From NCBI RefSeq assembly GCF_963921235.1, contig NC_086126.1, positions 17,670,001-17,734,000 on the forward strand: a stretch of DNA of 64,000 bases, in the 5' to 3' direction. How positions within the stretch are numbered: the first letter of the stretch is position 1; each line of letters opens with the position of its first letter. Source of the DNA: Mobula hypostoma. Lineage: Eukaryota. Positions 1 through 11,734 of this stretch are shown piece by piece. The notes beneath the pieces are model-generated. The model did not search any database, was not told where the DNA came from, and worked only from the letters and a program-made list of their open reading frames with translations. The position numbers were made by a program, and so were the translations under genes.

Positions 1-66
1 ACAGTGAATGGCGTTGCTGGCTCGAAGGGCCGAATGGACTACTCCTGCATCTATTGTCTATTGTCT
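1..66 (+). mobile_element. CR1 LINE / CR1-derived SINE 3' tail
   Basis: GGCTCGAAGGGCCGAATGGACTACTCCTGCA followed by a short TATTGTC repeat; matches the tail of the CR1 copy at ~53750-53808. Confidence 0.6.
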
Positions 67-89
67 CATGAGACTGTATATAAATAAAA

Positions 90-550
90 GAATCAGGTTT
101 ATTATCACCGGCATGTGACGTGAAATTTGTTAGCTTAGCAGCTGCAGTTCAATGCAATACATAATCTAGCAGAGAAAAAATAAATAAAACATAATATAAA
201 CAAATAAGAAAATCAATTACATGTTTGGCTAGATTTTTAAAAACGTGCAAAATCAGAAATACTGCATATTATGAAAGTGAGCTATTGTCCAAAGATTTAA
301 TGTCCATTTAGGAATCGGATGGCAGAGGGGAAGAAGCTGTTCCTGAATCGCTGAGTGTGTGCCTTCAGGCTTCTGTATCTCCTACCTGATGGTAACAGTG
401 AGAAAAGGACATGTCCTGGGTGCTGGAGATCCTTAATAATGGACGCTGCCTTTCTGAGACACCGCTCCCTAAAGATGTCCTGGGTACTTTGTAGGCTGGT
501 ACCCAAGATGGAGCTGACTAGATTTACAACCCTCTGCACCTTCTTTTGGT
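90..550 (-). mobile_element. Rex1/Babar-like LINE 3' fragment
   Basis: ORF 297..539 ends HPGHVLFSLLPSGRRYRSLKAHTQRFRNSFFPSAIRFLN, the typical Rex/Babar ORF C-terminus, then a 3'UTR with AATAAA. Confidence 0.7.
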
Positions 551-659
551 CTTCTACCTAGATAATTCAGTTTTATTACGCATTGCATTGTACTGCTGCC
601 GGAAACACACACATTTCACGGTACACGCCCGTGATTTTAAACCCGGCTCTGAACGAGAC

Positions 660-1020
660 TCGTCTCTCCATCACGGACACCGCGATGCGCATGCGCCACA
701 GAAATGACGCCACGTCCTTCCTCGATCAGCAGAAAGCTCCCCGGGGCCCGGGGACGGATCGTGGGGGAAAGAACCGGGAATGTCCCCGGGTGCGGGTCAC
801 GGTGTGACAGGAGCTCGCAACAACAGTCTATCCGTCGCGGTGGGGATGAAACTCCCGTCCGCAGCCCTGCTCCTACCTGCTGCCGACTCTCCCCAGCATG
901 TCGTCCACCGAGCGCATGCGCAGTTTCCGGGAACGATCTGTGACCCTTACGCCTGCGCATTTTGTCGCAGGTACTCGATTCTAGAGCGCGGAGGTTTCTG
1001 GGTAACCACGGTGCCATTGA
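660..1020. promoter_or_regulatory. CpG-rich promoter-like island with NRF1-type motifs
   Basis: CpG-dense relative to flanks; TGCGCATGCGC at 686-696, GCGCATGCGCA at 912-922 next to an ETS-like TTCCGG; no linked gene identified. Confidence 0.45.
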
Positions 1021-1149
1021 AGCAAACGGCGGTTCCACAGATAAATGTATTAATATAGAAAACTCAGCAGCAACTTTAACACAGCATATTCAGTGTCAAC
1101 AGGCAACCCATGTGATCTGTACAAATCACTTACAAATGCAGATGTAAAA

Positions 1150-1350
1150 CACACGAAATTCAGGAGAAGCTGGAAATCAGCTGTAAAGTAACATACACGG
1201 TGGTGCACGAACTCAGCGGGTCAGGCAGCATCTAAGCAGAGGAATAAACTGCCTAGGCATGATGAAGTGTCTAGGACCATTACATCGACTCTGTGTTCCT
1301 CTCCATAGATGCTGCCTGACCCACTGAGTTTCTCCAGCATTTTGCAAACA
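1150..1350. mobile_element. Short foldback element built from PLE terminal repeat
   Basis: Left arm AACTCAGCGGGTCAGGCAGCATCTA pairs with right arm TAGATGCTGCCTGACCCACTGAGTT; decayed hammerhead-like core between them. Confidence 0.7.
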
Positions 1351-2194
1351 TAAACCTCTTTTTTCAGTCAATCAGTTTCCAAATGTTGCTGAACCTTCAT
1401 TTGTAGCCTCATCCTCCTGGTCTGGTTCCTTCCTCCTACTCCACGTAAACTCGAGCCTCCATCACATCTGGAGCCCCAAAGCCCTCATTTGTGCTGACCC
1501 CTCTTGTTTCTGCTCCACGATTCTGCTGTTGTACTTTAGAGGAGAGCGTTGTATTGCAACAGCCCGGCAGTGTGAGGCACAACCCTTCGAAATCAGTGAA
1601 AATAACACAAAACAATGAATAGAGCAGGACAAGAAGATCTTAACCACACAAGACCTCATGCTTGCTCCAGAGCTGTGAGGGATGAGGAATATTTGGGACA
1701 AAACCCCAGTAAATTCATCCTCTGCAGTTTAGAGGAAGTCATGGAGTGAATTCAAGGTAAACCTCTTCATCCCCAGACCGGTGACCAGTTACAACCTGAA
1801 CATTATAGGGTGAGTGAGTGGTGAACAGCAGGGATGGGTTTGAAAGCTCTGGTGTGGAATAGGAACACAAGCAGATACCAGCTGGACTGAGTTGCCTCTC
1901 GACTGTACATTAGCCGTGTGACAGAAAGGAAGCACCTGAGACACAGGATTTGAAATGGAACTGATCTATTTGTCTATGACAGATCCACAATACCAGTGTA
2001 TTTTCAGACTGACATCAGCGGAACAAACCCCTTCAATGCTGAGTGACAAGGGTTCATTCCTGGGTCTGATGATCAGCCACAATATCTGCAGAATCTGACA
2101 TTAACAGTCTCACATGAACTTCCTACTAGATTCAGTCACCATGATGATTAAAATGTTCACATAGAGCTTATTTCAACTTCCTCCCTGATGTGAA

Positions 2195-2855
2195 GTTGCC
2201 AGTGTTTCAGCAGGTGCGATGACTGAGTAAATTTCCCCACTGACACAAGACTGAAGTGTGTCCTCTATGAATTGTAAACTCACTGGAGCCTCACAAAGTG
2301 GGTGAACTGAATGAATCTCCTCCCACACTCGGAACAGGTGTGAAGCTATACTGAGAGACAGAGACAACTGAGCCAAGTACAGCTGCTCACCGGTGTGAAC
2401 TGACTGGTGTGATAGCTCATGTCACTGAATAAATCCTGTCCCACACAGGGAGCAGGTGAATGGCCTCTCCCCGTGTGAACTGCCTGGTGTTGTAATAGCT
2501 CATGTGACTGAATGAATCCCGTCCCACTCACAGAGCAGGTGAATGGCCTCTCCCCGGTGTGAACTGGCTGGTGTATCTGCAGGTGCAGTGGCCTGATGAA
2601 TCCCTTCCAAAATGAGAGGTGGTGAACATCAGCTCACTGGTATCAACTCTATGGCCATTTATCAGGTCAGTCCATGGACATGTCCATGTATTGGTGTTCG
2701 GCTTGGAAACACTGGTGTGCTGTCTTCGCAACCATCTCTCCCTTCACATTCAATGATCGGTAGCATTCAAATGCTGGGGAACTGACAAACACAGGAGAAC
2801 TGACACACTGTTGCATTTGAGATTCTCAGACAGAAATTCTTTGCCTTTTCTGCCC
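2195..2855 (-). pseudogene. Degenerate C2H2 zinc-finger exon
   Basis: Minus strand reads ...[50 protein letters not shown]..., i.e. HTGERPF linkers with frameshifts, a stop and lost Cys; candidate acceptor TTTTACAG at ~2855-2862. Confidence 0.8.
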
Positions 2856-2878
2856 TGTAAAATGTTTTCAAAGAAGAT

Positions 2879-3574
2879 TGTCACATACCCCGTGACGGGT
2901 TAAAGAACCAGCAGAAATGGAAAACATCTTGGAGTCTGTTATTGCTGTTAACTAATGGTATTTATTAGTAACTACGCAATACATAATATAAATTCATATA
3001 TATCAAACAGGTTAGCAATGATTTTATATATATATGTGGAAATATAAAAACCAAGCTTCTTCAAGCCTTGGGGTAAATGGATACAGTCTTACGGTGATGG
3101 GTAAAGGGAATCAGTTCAGTTCATAGTATTCAGTTGAGTAGTGATGGAGAGAGAGAGGTATTGTGGTTGTTCGAGTAAGCCGATGTCATCGATTCTTCCC
3201 GTTGTCCTCCAAAATCCTTTAGAAGTCACCAAATGTGACCACAACAAGGGGACCATTTTCTGTGCTGGAGTTATCAACCCAGGTGAGGGTTGGACACACT
3301 AATAACTTCCCACCGGTCACACACTTTCCACACTGCGAGAGCCACTGATCGATTCTCCTGATCGATCCTCCAGAAACCCACCTTTCTGTGGGCACAACAA
3401 AGCTCATCCAGTGTCCAAAATCATGTGTCTGTGTGTCTACCAGCTGACCTTGTATTTATCTCAGCATGCTGAACACAAGCTGTCCATCACGTAGCTCCTC
3501 CCTTCTCTCTCTGCAGGAACTCAGAAGCGGGCAGTGTCCTTGCAGAAATTCCAAACAAACTGTGAGTACTCTTC

Positions 3575-3609
<35 letters not shown>

Positions 3610-3692
3610 TAACAAGGTGTTTGTGCCATACAGCTCTCTCTCTCTCTTTTTAAAAGCACAGTTCATAAAGGATAATTCAGGATGCCGTCACG
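2879..3692 (-). repeat. 3' LTR of the Gmr1-like element
   Basis: Starts TGTCACA on +, homologous to 8184-8440; polypurine tract TAAAAGGAGGGAGG on - at ~3693-3706. Confidence 0.85.
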
Positions 3693-4026
3693 CCTCCCTC
3701 CTTTTAGGAAAAAGTTTGATGTTGGAGCAAAATTTTTGGTTTAACTATAGATTATAAAGTTTGAAGCAATACATGTATAATTATCAGATAACAGAGCAAA
3801 ATGTGTACAACTTCTAATTTAACATCTGGGTAAACAACCAGCTATAATGTTGTCAGTACCTTTCACATGTTCTATTTTCAGGTCATATTCTTGCAAGTTC
3901 AGATTCCAGTTTAATAACCTTTTATTCTAATCCTTCATTTTCATTAGATACACCAATGGATTATGATCCATGTAAATCACCAGTGGTTTCTGGGCGGGAC
4001 AAACATAGACTTCAAAATGTTGTAAT

Positions 4027-4586
4027 AGCAACACACATCAAAGTTGCTGGTGAACGCAGCAGGCCAGGCAGCATCTCTAGGAAGAGGTACAGTCGACGTT
4101 TCGGGCCGAGACCCTTTGTCAGGGCTAACTGAAGGAAGAGTGAGTAAGAGATTTGAAAGTGGGAGGGGGAGATGCAAAATGATAGGAGAAGACAGGAGGG
4201 GGAGGGATGGAGCCAAGAGCTAGACAGGTGATTGGCAAAAGGGGATATGAGAGGATCATGGGACAGGAAGCCCAGGGAGAAGGAAAAGTGGGGGGGGGAC
4301 CCAGAGGATGGGCAAGTGGTATAGTGAGAGGGACAGAGGGAGAAAAAGGAGAGAGAGAGAAAGAATGTGTGTATATAAATAAATAAATAACGGATGGGGT
4401 ACAAGGGGGAGGTGGGGCATTAGCGGAAGTTAGAGAAGTTGATGTTCATGCCATCAGGTTGGAGGCTACCCAGACGGAATATAAGGTGTTGTTCCTCCAA
4501 CCTGAGTGTGGCTTCATCTTTACAGTAGAGGAGGCTGTGGATAGACATATCAGAATGGGAATGGGACGTGGAATTAAAATGTGTGG
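4027..4586 (-). mobile_element. Penelope-like element 3' fragment inserted in the Gmr1 RNase H
   Basis: GIY-YIG C-terminus THFNS..HS..EEQHLIFRLGSLQPDGMN plus terminal repeat; splits KELLSLI from LQHFEVYV. Confidence 0.85.
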
Positions 4587-7500
4587 GAATAAGTGATAGC
4601 AACTCCTTTTCAACAGTGGAATAATTATTCTGGTGCACATTAAATTTCTTCGAGAAATAAGCTACTGGATGTTCAATTTCATCCTCATCCTTTTGCAACA
4701 ATACTGCCCTGGTAGCGTTTACCACGATCGAAAATGGTTTTTCAATCAGGTGCCTTGAGCACAGGATGATAACACAGAATGGATTTTAATCGTTCAAACG
4801 CCCCCTGGCAAATGCCATTCAATACAAATCTTCCACTCTTCCCTAGGAGTTTCGTTAGGGGAAGAGACACGTCTGCGAAGTTCTTACAAAGCTTACGATA
4901 ATACTCAACCATTACTAAAAACATTCTCAAAGCTTTCTTGCCAGTTGGACCGGGAACCTCAGCAATAGCTTGAACCTTGGCCTGTACAGGAGCCAGTTGG
5001 CCTTGACCTACTGCATAACCCAGATATGTATCTGTGGCATGACCAAACTCACTCCTAGCGAGGTTCACAGTAAGATTAGCCTTGGACAACCTTTCAAACA
5101 GTCTTTCTACCATTGAGATATGCTCTTCCCACGTGTCATTCCATAAAACCAGTTCATCAATATAAGCCCCTGTATTCTCTAAACCCTGAATTACTGAATT
5201 CATCATCTTTTGAAATGTCCCTGGAGCATTTTTCATTCCAAGGGGTAAAACATTGTACTCATACAGTCGAGATGATGTCACAAATGTAGGTATTTCTTTA
5301 GCCCTCTCTGTCAAAGGAACACCCCAATATCCCCTAGACATATACGAGCCAATATAACTGAGCGTTACACGTGCTAATTAATTCTTTCAATTGCTTTTGC
5401 TGTGCAGGTTCCAACTGATGGACCTTGTTATTAATATTTTTCAAAACAGTAGTGTCTTCGAGTTTTGTGGAGACTACACTGAGTACATTAAAATTATCTG
5501 GTATCTCAGTACCAGGCTCCACAGCTTCATTTGTTTTCATAACAGTACTCACAGGTGCTTTCCCATCAAACCAGTGTTTCATTTTAATTTGAACATTCTG
5601 CAAATTCTTCTTTGTAAGGTCACAAGCCTTGTTAAGTCTTTCTCGAAATTTCAAAACATAATCCAGCACACTGACACATACTTTCTGATCAGACCACTGT
5701 TCTCTGAGCAAGGTCAAAGGTCCTTTGGGCCTGTGACCGAAAACATGCTCAAACGGACTACACTCCAATGATTCTTGAATTGAATCCCTAACAGTGGATA
5801 AGTGCAGGGGAAGCCCCTCATCCCAGTTTTTTCCATTTTCCACACAATATATTTTAATCATGGTCTTAAGAGTGGAGTGGAACCATTCCAAGGCTCCCTC
5901 AGACTCTGGGTGATATGCAGATGAGGCAATGTGCTTAGCCCCAGTTCTCTAACTATCCCCTGGAATGTTCTCGAAGTAAAGTTACTACCCTGGTCAGATT
6001 GAATTTCTTTGGACAGACCTACCAGTATGAAAACTTGATGATTGCTTTTACCACAGTCTTGGTCTGGATGTTTCCGAGAGGCACCGCTTCAGCAAACCAA
6101 GACGCAGCACGCATAATTGTTAACCAGTACTGATGACCAGCTGCAGTCTTGGGCAATGGGCCAACACAATTCACTATGACCCTAGAAAAAGGTTCACCAA
6201 AAGCAGGTATCGGTTTAAGTGGTGCTACTTGAATAACCTGATTAGGTTTCCCCACAACCCGGCAGGTATGGCAAGTCTTGCAAAAATTCACAACATCCTT
6301 TCTTAAATGAGGCCAGTAGAATTCCTTCATAATCCTGTTCACTGTTTTTCTCACTCCAAAATGTCCACCTAAAGGCATATTATGAGCCATGTTTAAAATC
6401 TCAGTCCTGTAAACTTTCGGGACCACAACTTGATGTTCCCGATCCTCACTTGCATGCACAGTGGTTGGTCTCCACTTCCTCATTAACATCCCATCTTTAA
6501 AATAATATCCTACTGACTCTCTCTGAACCTCCTATTCTGAGAGAGCTGTTTCCTTTAACGCAGCAATTTCAGAATCTCGCTTCTGTTCTTCTATAAATTC
6601 CCCCCTGGACAAGAAAAACCTTTCTCATCAACCTTACTGTCCTCTAAGTTCTGCTGGAATAGGGAAGGTAAGAAAGTCTCTGATAGATCACCACGAGCAT
6701 CAGCAGACTTCTTAGACATGCTTCGAGTGACTACGCAGGCAGGGTAAACATGAGTCTCTCTGTGTGGGTCATTAGCAGCAGCCGGCTTGCTCGTTAGCTG
6801 AACTGCTGGATAAACATCACCTTCGATAGGTGTCAACCTCCCCCCAATGTTTACTAAACTCAGCACTATCACCAGACTTACGAAAACCATGTGTATATTG
6901 TGAAAAAGTCCAAACAGTCCATTTATTTCATTTCTACAACTTTTATCTTGATTTGCCTCCATAGTAACCTCTACAAATGGCTTCTCAAAACCAAAACAAT
7001 CTTTTTTCTCCACAACACCATCGTGAAAAGCAACTCTATAACCTTGAACATGTTTACATCCAAATGTTAAAACAAAATTCAGCAGAGTGGCACATACTTC
7101 TTTAGCAGGCCTTTGTCCTGCAAGCAGGGTCAAAGGTCGTGAAACCAATTGAACCTTCCCCAGCACTTTATTCAAAAGTCCAGAAACAACACTTTTCTCA
7201 ATATCTTCAGTGACATTTACCTCATCAGTTTTCATCTCATCATTAACTTTTAGAACACTGTGTAATACAAGTGACTGAGAATCCTCAATTTCCACTGGTA
7301 CCAGGGTTAACCCCTTATTCACTGAACCAAGTCCATCTGACTCAAAAGGATTCCTTGTCAACCGAGTCAGACACCTCAGAACTTAACGGAGTTTCAACAC
7401 AAGGTTCAGTACCCTGCGAATCCACAGGTACTTCAACAACCTGAACACAGACAATTGGGACAGCTGCCTCTTCTGGGCTTTCATCACTTGCCCCAGTTTC

Positions 7501-8160
7501 AAATTCAAGGTTACCCTGATCTTCCCAGCTACTCTCTGGGAAACTCTCATCCTGAGTAAACTCAACCTCGTGGGTTAAAACAAACTCGCCTGCTGCCTTA
7601 GCAGTCCCCGCAGGGTGGCGGCATCCTCTTCATCTAGGTATCCCCTTACATCATCAGGGACACAACTCTTAAATTCTTCAATCAAAACCAGCTCTTTCAA
7701 ACTGCAAAAGTCATCAGGGTCCAACACTGGACCTCCCAGCTGCCACATCTCCCTCTCGAACTGTCTCTGTCTTTCTGCCTCTTCTCTCCATTTTTCTGAC
7801 TCTTCTGTCTGCTTTTTCGCCTCAGTGGCCTTGAGCTGTTTCAGTTGCAACTCATGCTGTCTTTTCCTCTCCTTAGCCTCCAGCCTGAAGTGCTCTACCT
7901 GAAGCTGAATCTCAGCCTCAGTAAGTTTACCTCCATGGCATAACTCTAACTTTCCCTTCGCTATATAATGCTGGGCTATTACTGTCTTCATTTGAGCTGT
8001 CCTCATTATAGTGGCCACCTTTAGTCTTAACTCTTGAGCGATCGCCAACAGCACATTCCTTGTAGCGTCCTCCAGGGGTTGGTTCCAATACTGCATCCTA
8101 TCAATACTAGCCTCCATTTTCCCCAATCAATTCAAATGAGCCCCCAAACAATTTGTTCAA

Positions 8161-8179
8161 ATCCCGGATGCAGGCCCCA
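8161..8179 (-). promoter_or_regulatory. Primer-binding site, tRNA-Pro type
   Basis: Minus strand TGGGGCCTGCATCCGGGAT, 4 nt after the LTR end; resembles the tRNA-Pro PBS TGGGGGCTCGTCCGGGAT. Confidence 0.75.
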
Positions 8180-8183
8180 ATTT

Positions 8184-8440
8184 TGTCACGTACTCCATGA
8201 CGGGTTAAGGAACCCGCAGAAATGGAAAACACTTTGGAATCTGGTATTGCTGTTAACTAATACTATTTGTTAGTAACTACGCAATACAGTAATATAAAAT
8301 CATATATATCAAACAGGTTAGCAATGATTATATATATATAAAAGTGTGGAAATATAAAAAACAAGCTTCTTCAAGCCTAGGGGTAAATGGATACAGTCTT
8401 ACGGTGATGCGTAAAGTACAGTTTGTAAGGGATAATTCAG
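8184..8440 (-). repeat. 5' LTR of the Gmr1-like element, internally deleted
   Basis: Matches 2879-~3106, then jumps to the equivalent of ~3656-3680; outer ~12 bp missing. Confidence 0.85.
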
Positions 8441-8951
8441 ACAGAAATTCTTTGCCTTTTCTACCCTGTAAAATGTTTGCAAAGAAGATCAACAGGTGAA
8501 AGAGAATATATCTCAGCTGAGATTATTTTAGTTTTCATGTTGATGTCTGATGTCACACTGTTACAGTGAGGCTGAACACTGTCCGGAGGAACAACACCTG
8601 GGCATAGTTCAGGCATAAGGACACAACATCAAATTCTGTTTTCCTCTCTGCCCATCAAGCTGTAACTTGGCTCAGTGTGTCTCTCTCCATTAGTACAGCT
8701 TCACATTCTGGGTATCTCCCACAGACCTACTAAGCACACAATACAAACAGAGCTGCTTTGTGAGAGTTTCTGCTGATTGTGACCCTGCTGGCATTTGACG
8801 GTGGTAAACTCAGAGTCAGCAATGCCATTGAACATCAAGAGAATGTGATCAGGCTTTCTCGGTGCAGACTGACACTGCAGTATTCTTGCAGTGTGAAGGC
8901 TTTTACAAATAAAATGGCATGAGGCATTTTCTATTTCAGGAAAACCATAAC

Positions 8952-9794
8952 TATCATGGCCCGGTCCGTGAAGTCTGTATTCTGGTTCACGGTCCGGTCC
9001 ATTGATTCTTGCTCCAGGTTTTCCTGTCTACACTGTTTCTGTTCTTGTTGAGCTCTAATTGAGTCAGCTGATGCTCGTTGGGGCTGGCTGCATAAACACC
9101 TTCAGAGACCAGGGAGTTGCTGCTGGATTGTTCTTGTCCTTACTCCTAGTATTCCTTCCTCTGCCTTCTGTTTCCTCGCCTGAAGCCCTGCCTTGTCTTG
9201 CTGGTAACTCTCGCCTCGTCTGGCCTGCAGTCTTGTCCTGGAGCCACCCTGTGCCTAGCTTCCTTCCTGTCCCTTGCCTCCGCCCAGGTAAGCCAGGCCT
9301 TCTCGCCGTTACCTGTGGATGGTTCTGTCCCTTCCTGTCCCTGGCCTCTGTAGGGTAAGCCAGGCCGTCTCGCCATTAACTGCGGTTGGTTCTGTCCCTT
9401 CCTGTTCCATGCCTCCGTCGGGTGGTGATCCGCGCCCTGCCCAGGAGGACCTGCCTAGCCCCAAGCCAGAAGACTCCAGCCTCCTGCCTAGCCCCAAGCC
9501 TGAAGACTCCAGCCTCCTGCCTAGCCCCAAGCCTGAAGACTCCAGCCTCGTCCTGCCTGCCTACCAAGTCTTGTCCTTGCCTAGTTCTGGGGTCCGAGCC
9601 CAGGTACTGGGTCCTTGTCCAGTCTCTGGCTCGGAGTCCAAGCCCGGGCTCCTAGCTCTCTTGTCCAGTCCTGTTCCGGGTTCCCGGTTTTCGTGTCCAT
9701 GTCCTTGCCATCATCCTGCATCCTAGACCTGCCCCTAGTCCTTCAGTGTCTGCGTCTTGCACTTGGGTCCGTTCCCAGCCACCGCCGTATGACA
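8952..9794. mobile_element. Solo LTR, family A, copy 1
   Basis: Termini TATCAT (decayed TGTCAT)...ATGACA; 5-bp TSD ATAAC at 8947-8951 and 9795-9799; homologous to 43660-44538; three copies of a 33-bp internal repeat. Confidence 0.85.
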
Positions 9795-10019
9795 ATAACA
9801 ACTCATTAATTGTCCTCCAAATACAGAAACATAAAGCACAGTTTAAAAAAAAACTTCACATACTTACATCGTAACAGCGGTCCAGCTTCTAAAAGAGAAA
9901 CACAACAGAATGTTGGTGGTCATTAATTATGCACAATTCCACACATGACATTACCCTACAGAGACCCCCCCACCCCACGAATCCTCTTACTGCTCCCCCT
10001 CTCTGATCTTTATAGCAGT

Positions 10020-10460
10020 TTACTTCCTTTCATTGACACTTGCAGGATGATACGGACAAACACGTCAAGATCTCTCGTGTATCAGTGCTCCCAAGGGTGT
10101 TGCCATTTACTGTGTATTTTCCCCAACATTGGACCTATAAACTCCTCACACTTGTCCAGATTAAACTCTGTCCCCCATTTCTCCATCCATGATTCCAACT
10201 GATCTACATCCAGTTCTGTCCGTTTGACAACCTTCCTCGCCACCCACAACTGCACCAATATTCGTGTCATCAGTGATCTGATCCGCCCATGTGTGTTTTA
10301 ATCTGATCAAACAAAGATCCCATCACTGAGCACTGTGGACTGGTTACAAATCTACAGTCAAAATCATTCTCAATTCCATCAGCCCGAATGTTGCTCCACG
10401 ATACACACCATTCAAACCCTCCCACACAGAGACTCGAGGAAAGTGACACATTTATCACAA
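10020..10460 (-). mobile_element. Old CR1 RT fragment
   Basis: DQLESWMEKWGTEFNLDKCE remnant of the CR1 RT region. Confidence 0.6.
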
Positions 10461-10582
10461 GACCAGAGTTGGATTCAGTGGTCTGGGTTTGTTACTCTGG
10501 ATGCTCTGCTCCAAAGTCCATTCAGATTAGTACAATGTAACCAGATACATCATCACTGAGATACCGATGTACAGCATTATAT

Positions 10583-11030
10583 CACAAACAAGAGAAAATC
10601 TGCAGTTGCTGGAAATCCAAGCAACACAGACACAAATACTGAACAAACTCAGCAGGTCAGGCAGCATCTATAGAAAAAAATAACACAACCAATGTTTTGG
10701 GCCAAAACCTTTTGGCAGGACTTAAGGAGAAAATGTGAGGAGTAGATTTAAAAGGCGGGGAAGGGGAGAGAGGAAATAAGGTGAGTGTGAAACCTGTAGG
10801 GGGCTGTGAAGTTGATTAGTGAAAGAGACAGGAGACCATGGAAGAAAGAAAAGCGGGGAGGAGCACCAGAGGGAGATGGTGGGTGGGCAAGATGATGGGA
10901 AATGGTGAAGGGGGGGGTGGGGTGGGCTGCGGGAGGCATTACCAGAAATGCGAGAGTTCAATGTTCATGCCGTCAGGTTGGAAGCTACCCATAAGGTGTC
11001 GTTCCTCCAACAACTGTGTGGCCACATCGC
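10583..11030 (-). mobile_element. Penelope-like element 3' fragment
   Basis: Terminal repeat homologous to 4027-4586 and QPDGMN-type ORF end. Confidence 0.75.
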
Positions 11031-11145
11031 ATTGTATGATATTGTTTAAAAAGCTAAAAAGAATTCAATTGTGAGGATGAATTTGAAAGAACTTTATACA
11101 CTTACACAGCATGAGAGACTGGGAGACACAGTGCCAAGTACCAAC

Positions 11146-11252
11146 TCCCACACTGTACCAGAGACTGACAGGTAGAGAATGAACCCCACACACTCACACT
11201 GTACCAGAGACTGACAGGTACAGAATGAACCCCACACTCTCACGCTGTACAA
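11146..11252. repeat. Short minisatellite, ~45-bp unit, ~2.3 copies
   Basis: CACACTGTACCAGAGACTGACAGGTA(G/C)AGAATGAACCCCACAC repeated. Confidence 0.75.
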
Positions 11253-11734
11253 GTACAGACATTACGTACTTTAACAAACCTGAACAACGCTCCTCTCCAC
11301 CTCAAGACAGCACCACTTTGATGAATTTACGCTGCAATGGACTGTCTTGAGACTCGTTCAAATTCTCTTCTCTTTTTACAATTCTGTTCAAGTTAAGTTC
11401 TTGTGAGCGCTGTATCGTGGATACTATGTGTCTATGATGCTGCTGCAGTAAATTTATCTTTCACCTGGTCCATTTGACCTTCGGTCTCCTGCTGTCCTGT
11501 TTCATTATATAAACGTCTCAGATTATCAACTGTGTGTTTTTTCTTATTCCATCTGCTTTTCTAGCAGATACGATGGGCCAAATGGCCGAATACTGCGGCT
11601 GTAGTTTATGGTTCATTTTGTACTTTAGATTTCCTTCCTGCCGAATTACCCGGCAGCGGCAACTGACCAGATCAGCGACAGTTCCCTGTCCACCGTGTTA
11701 CCCAAACCGAACACTGGGTAGTGGAGACGGAGTT

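Larger units (their letters stand above)
2879..8440 (-). mobile_element. Gmr1-like Ty3/Gypsy LTR retrotransposon, defective (gag, integrase, RT, RNase H order)
   Basis: Gag-like ORF 7575..8126 (LKELVLIEEFK); integrase 6489-5600 (HNMPLGGHFG..CKTCHTC, FSRVIVNCVGPLP); RT 4742..5341 (LPLGMKNAPGTFQ, YIDE); RNase H (HPVAYFSKKF..STVEKELL, DHNPL); paired LTRs, PBS and PPT. Confidence 0.9.

Noticed and set aside
9319-9726. ORF with LPSPKPEDSSL repeats
   Set aside because: Translation of the 33-bp LTR tandem repeat; not preserved in the second LTR copy
11100-11130. Possible 13-bp micro-exon on the minus strand
   Set aside because: Frame-shifting length, weak support and adjacent to a minisatellite
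11146-11252. CRISPR-like repeat array
   Set aside because: Units are contiguous with no unique spacers, and the context is eukaryotic
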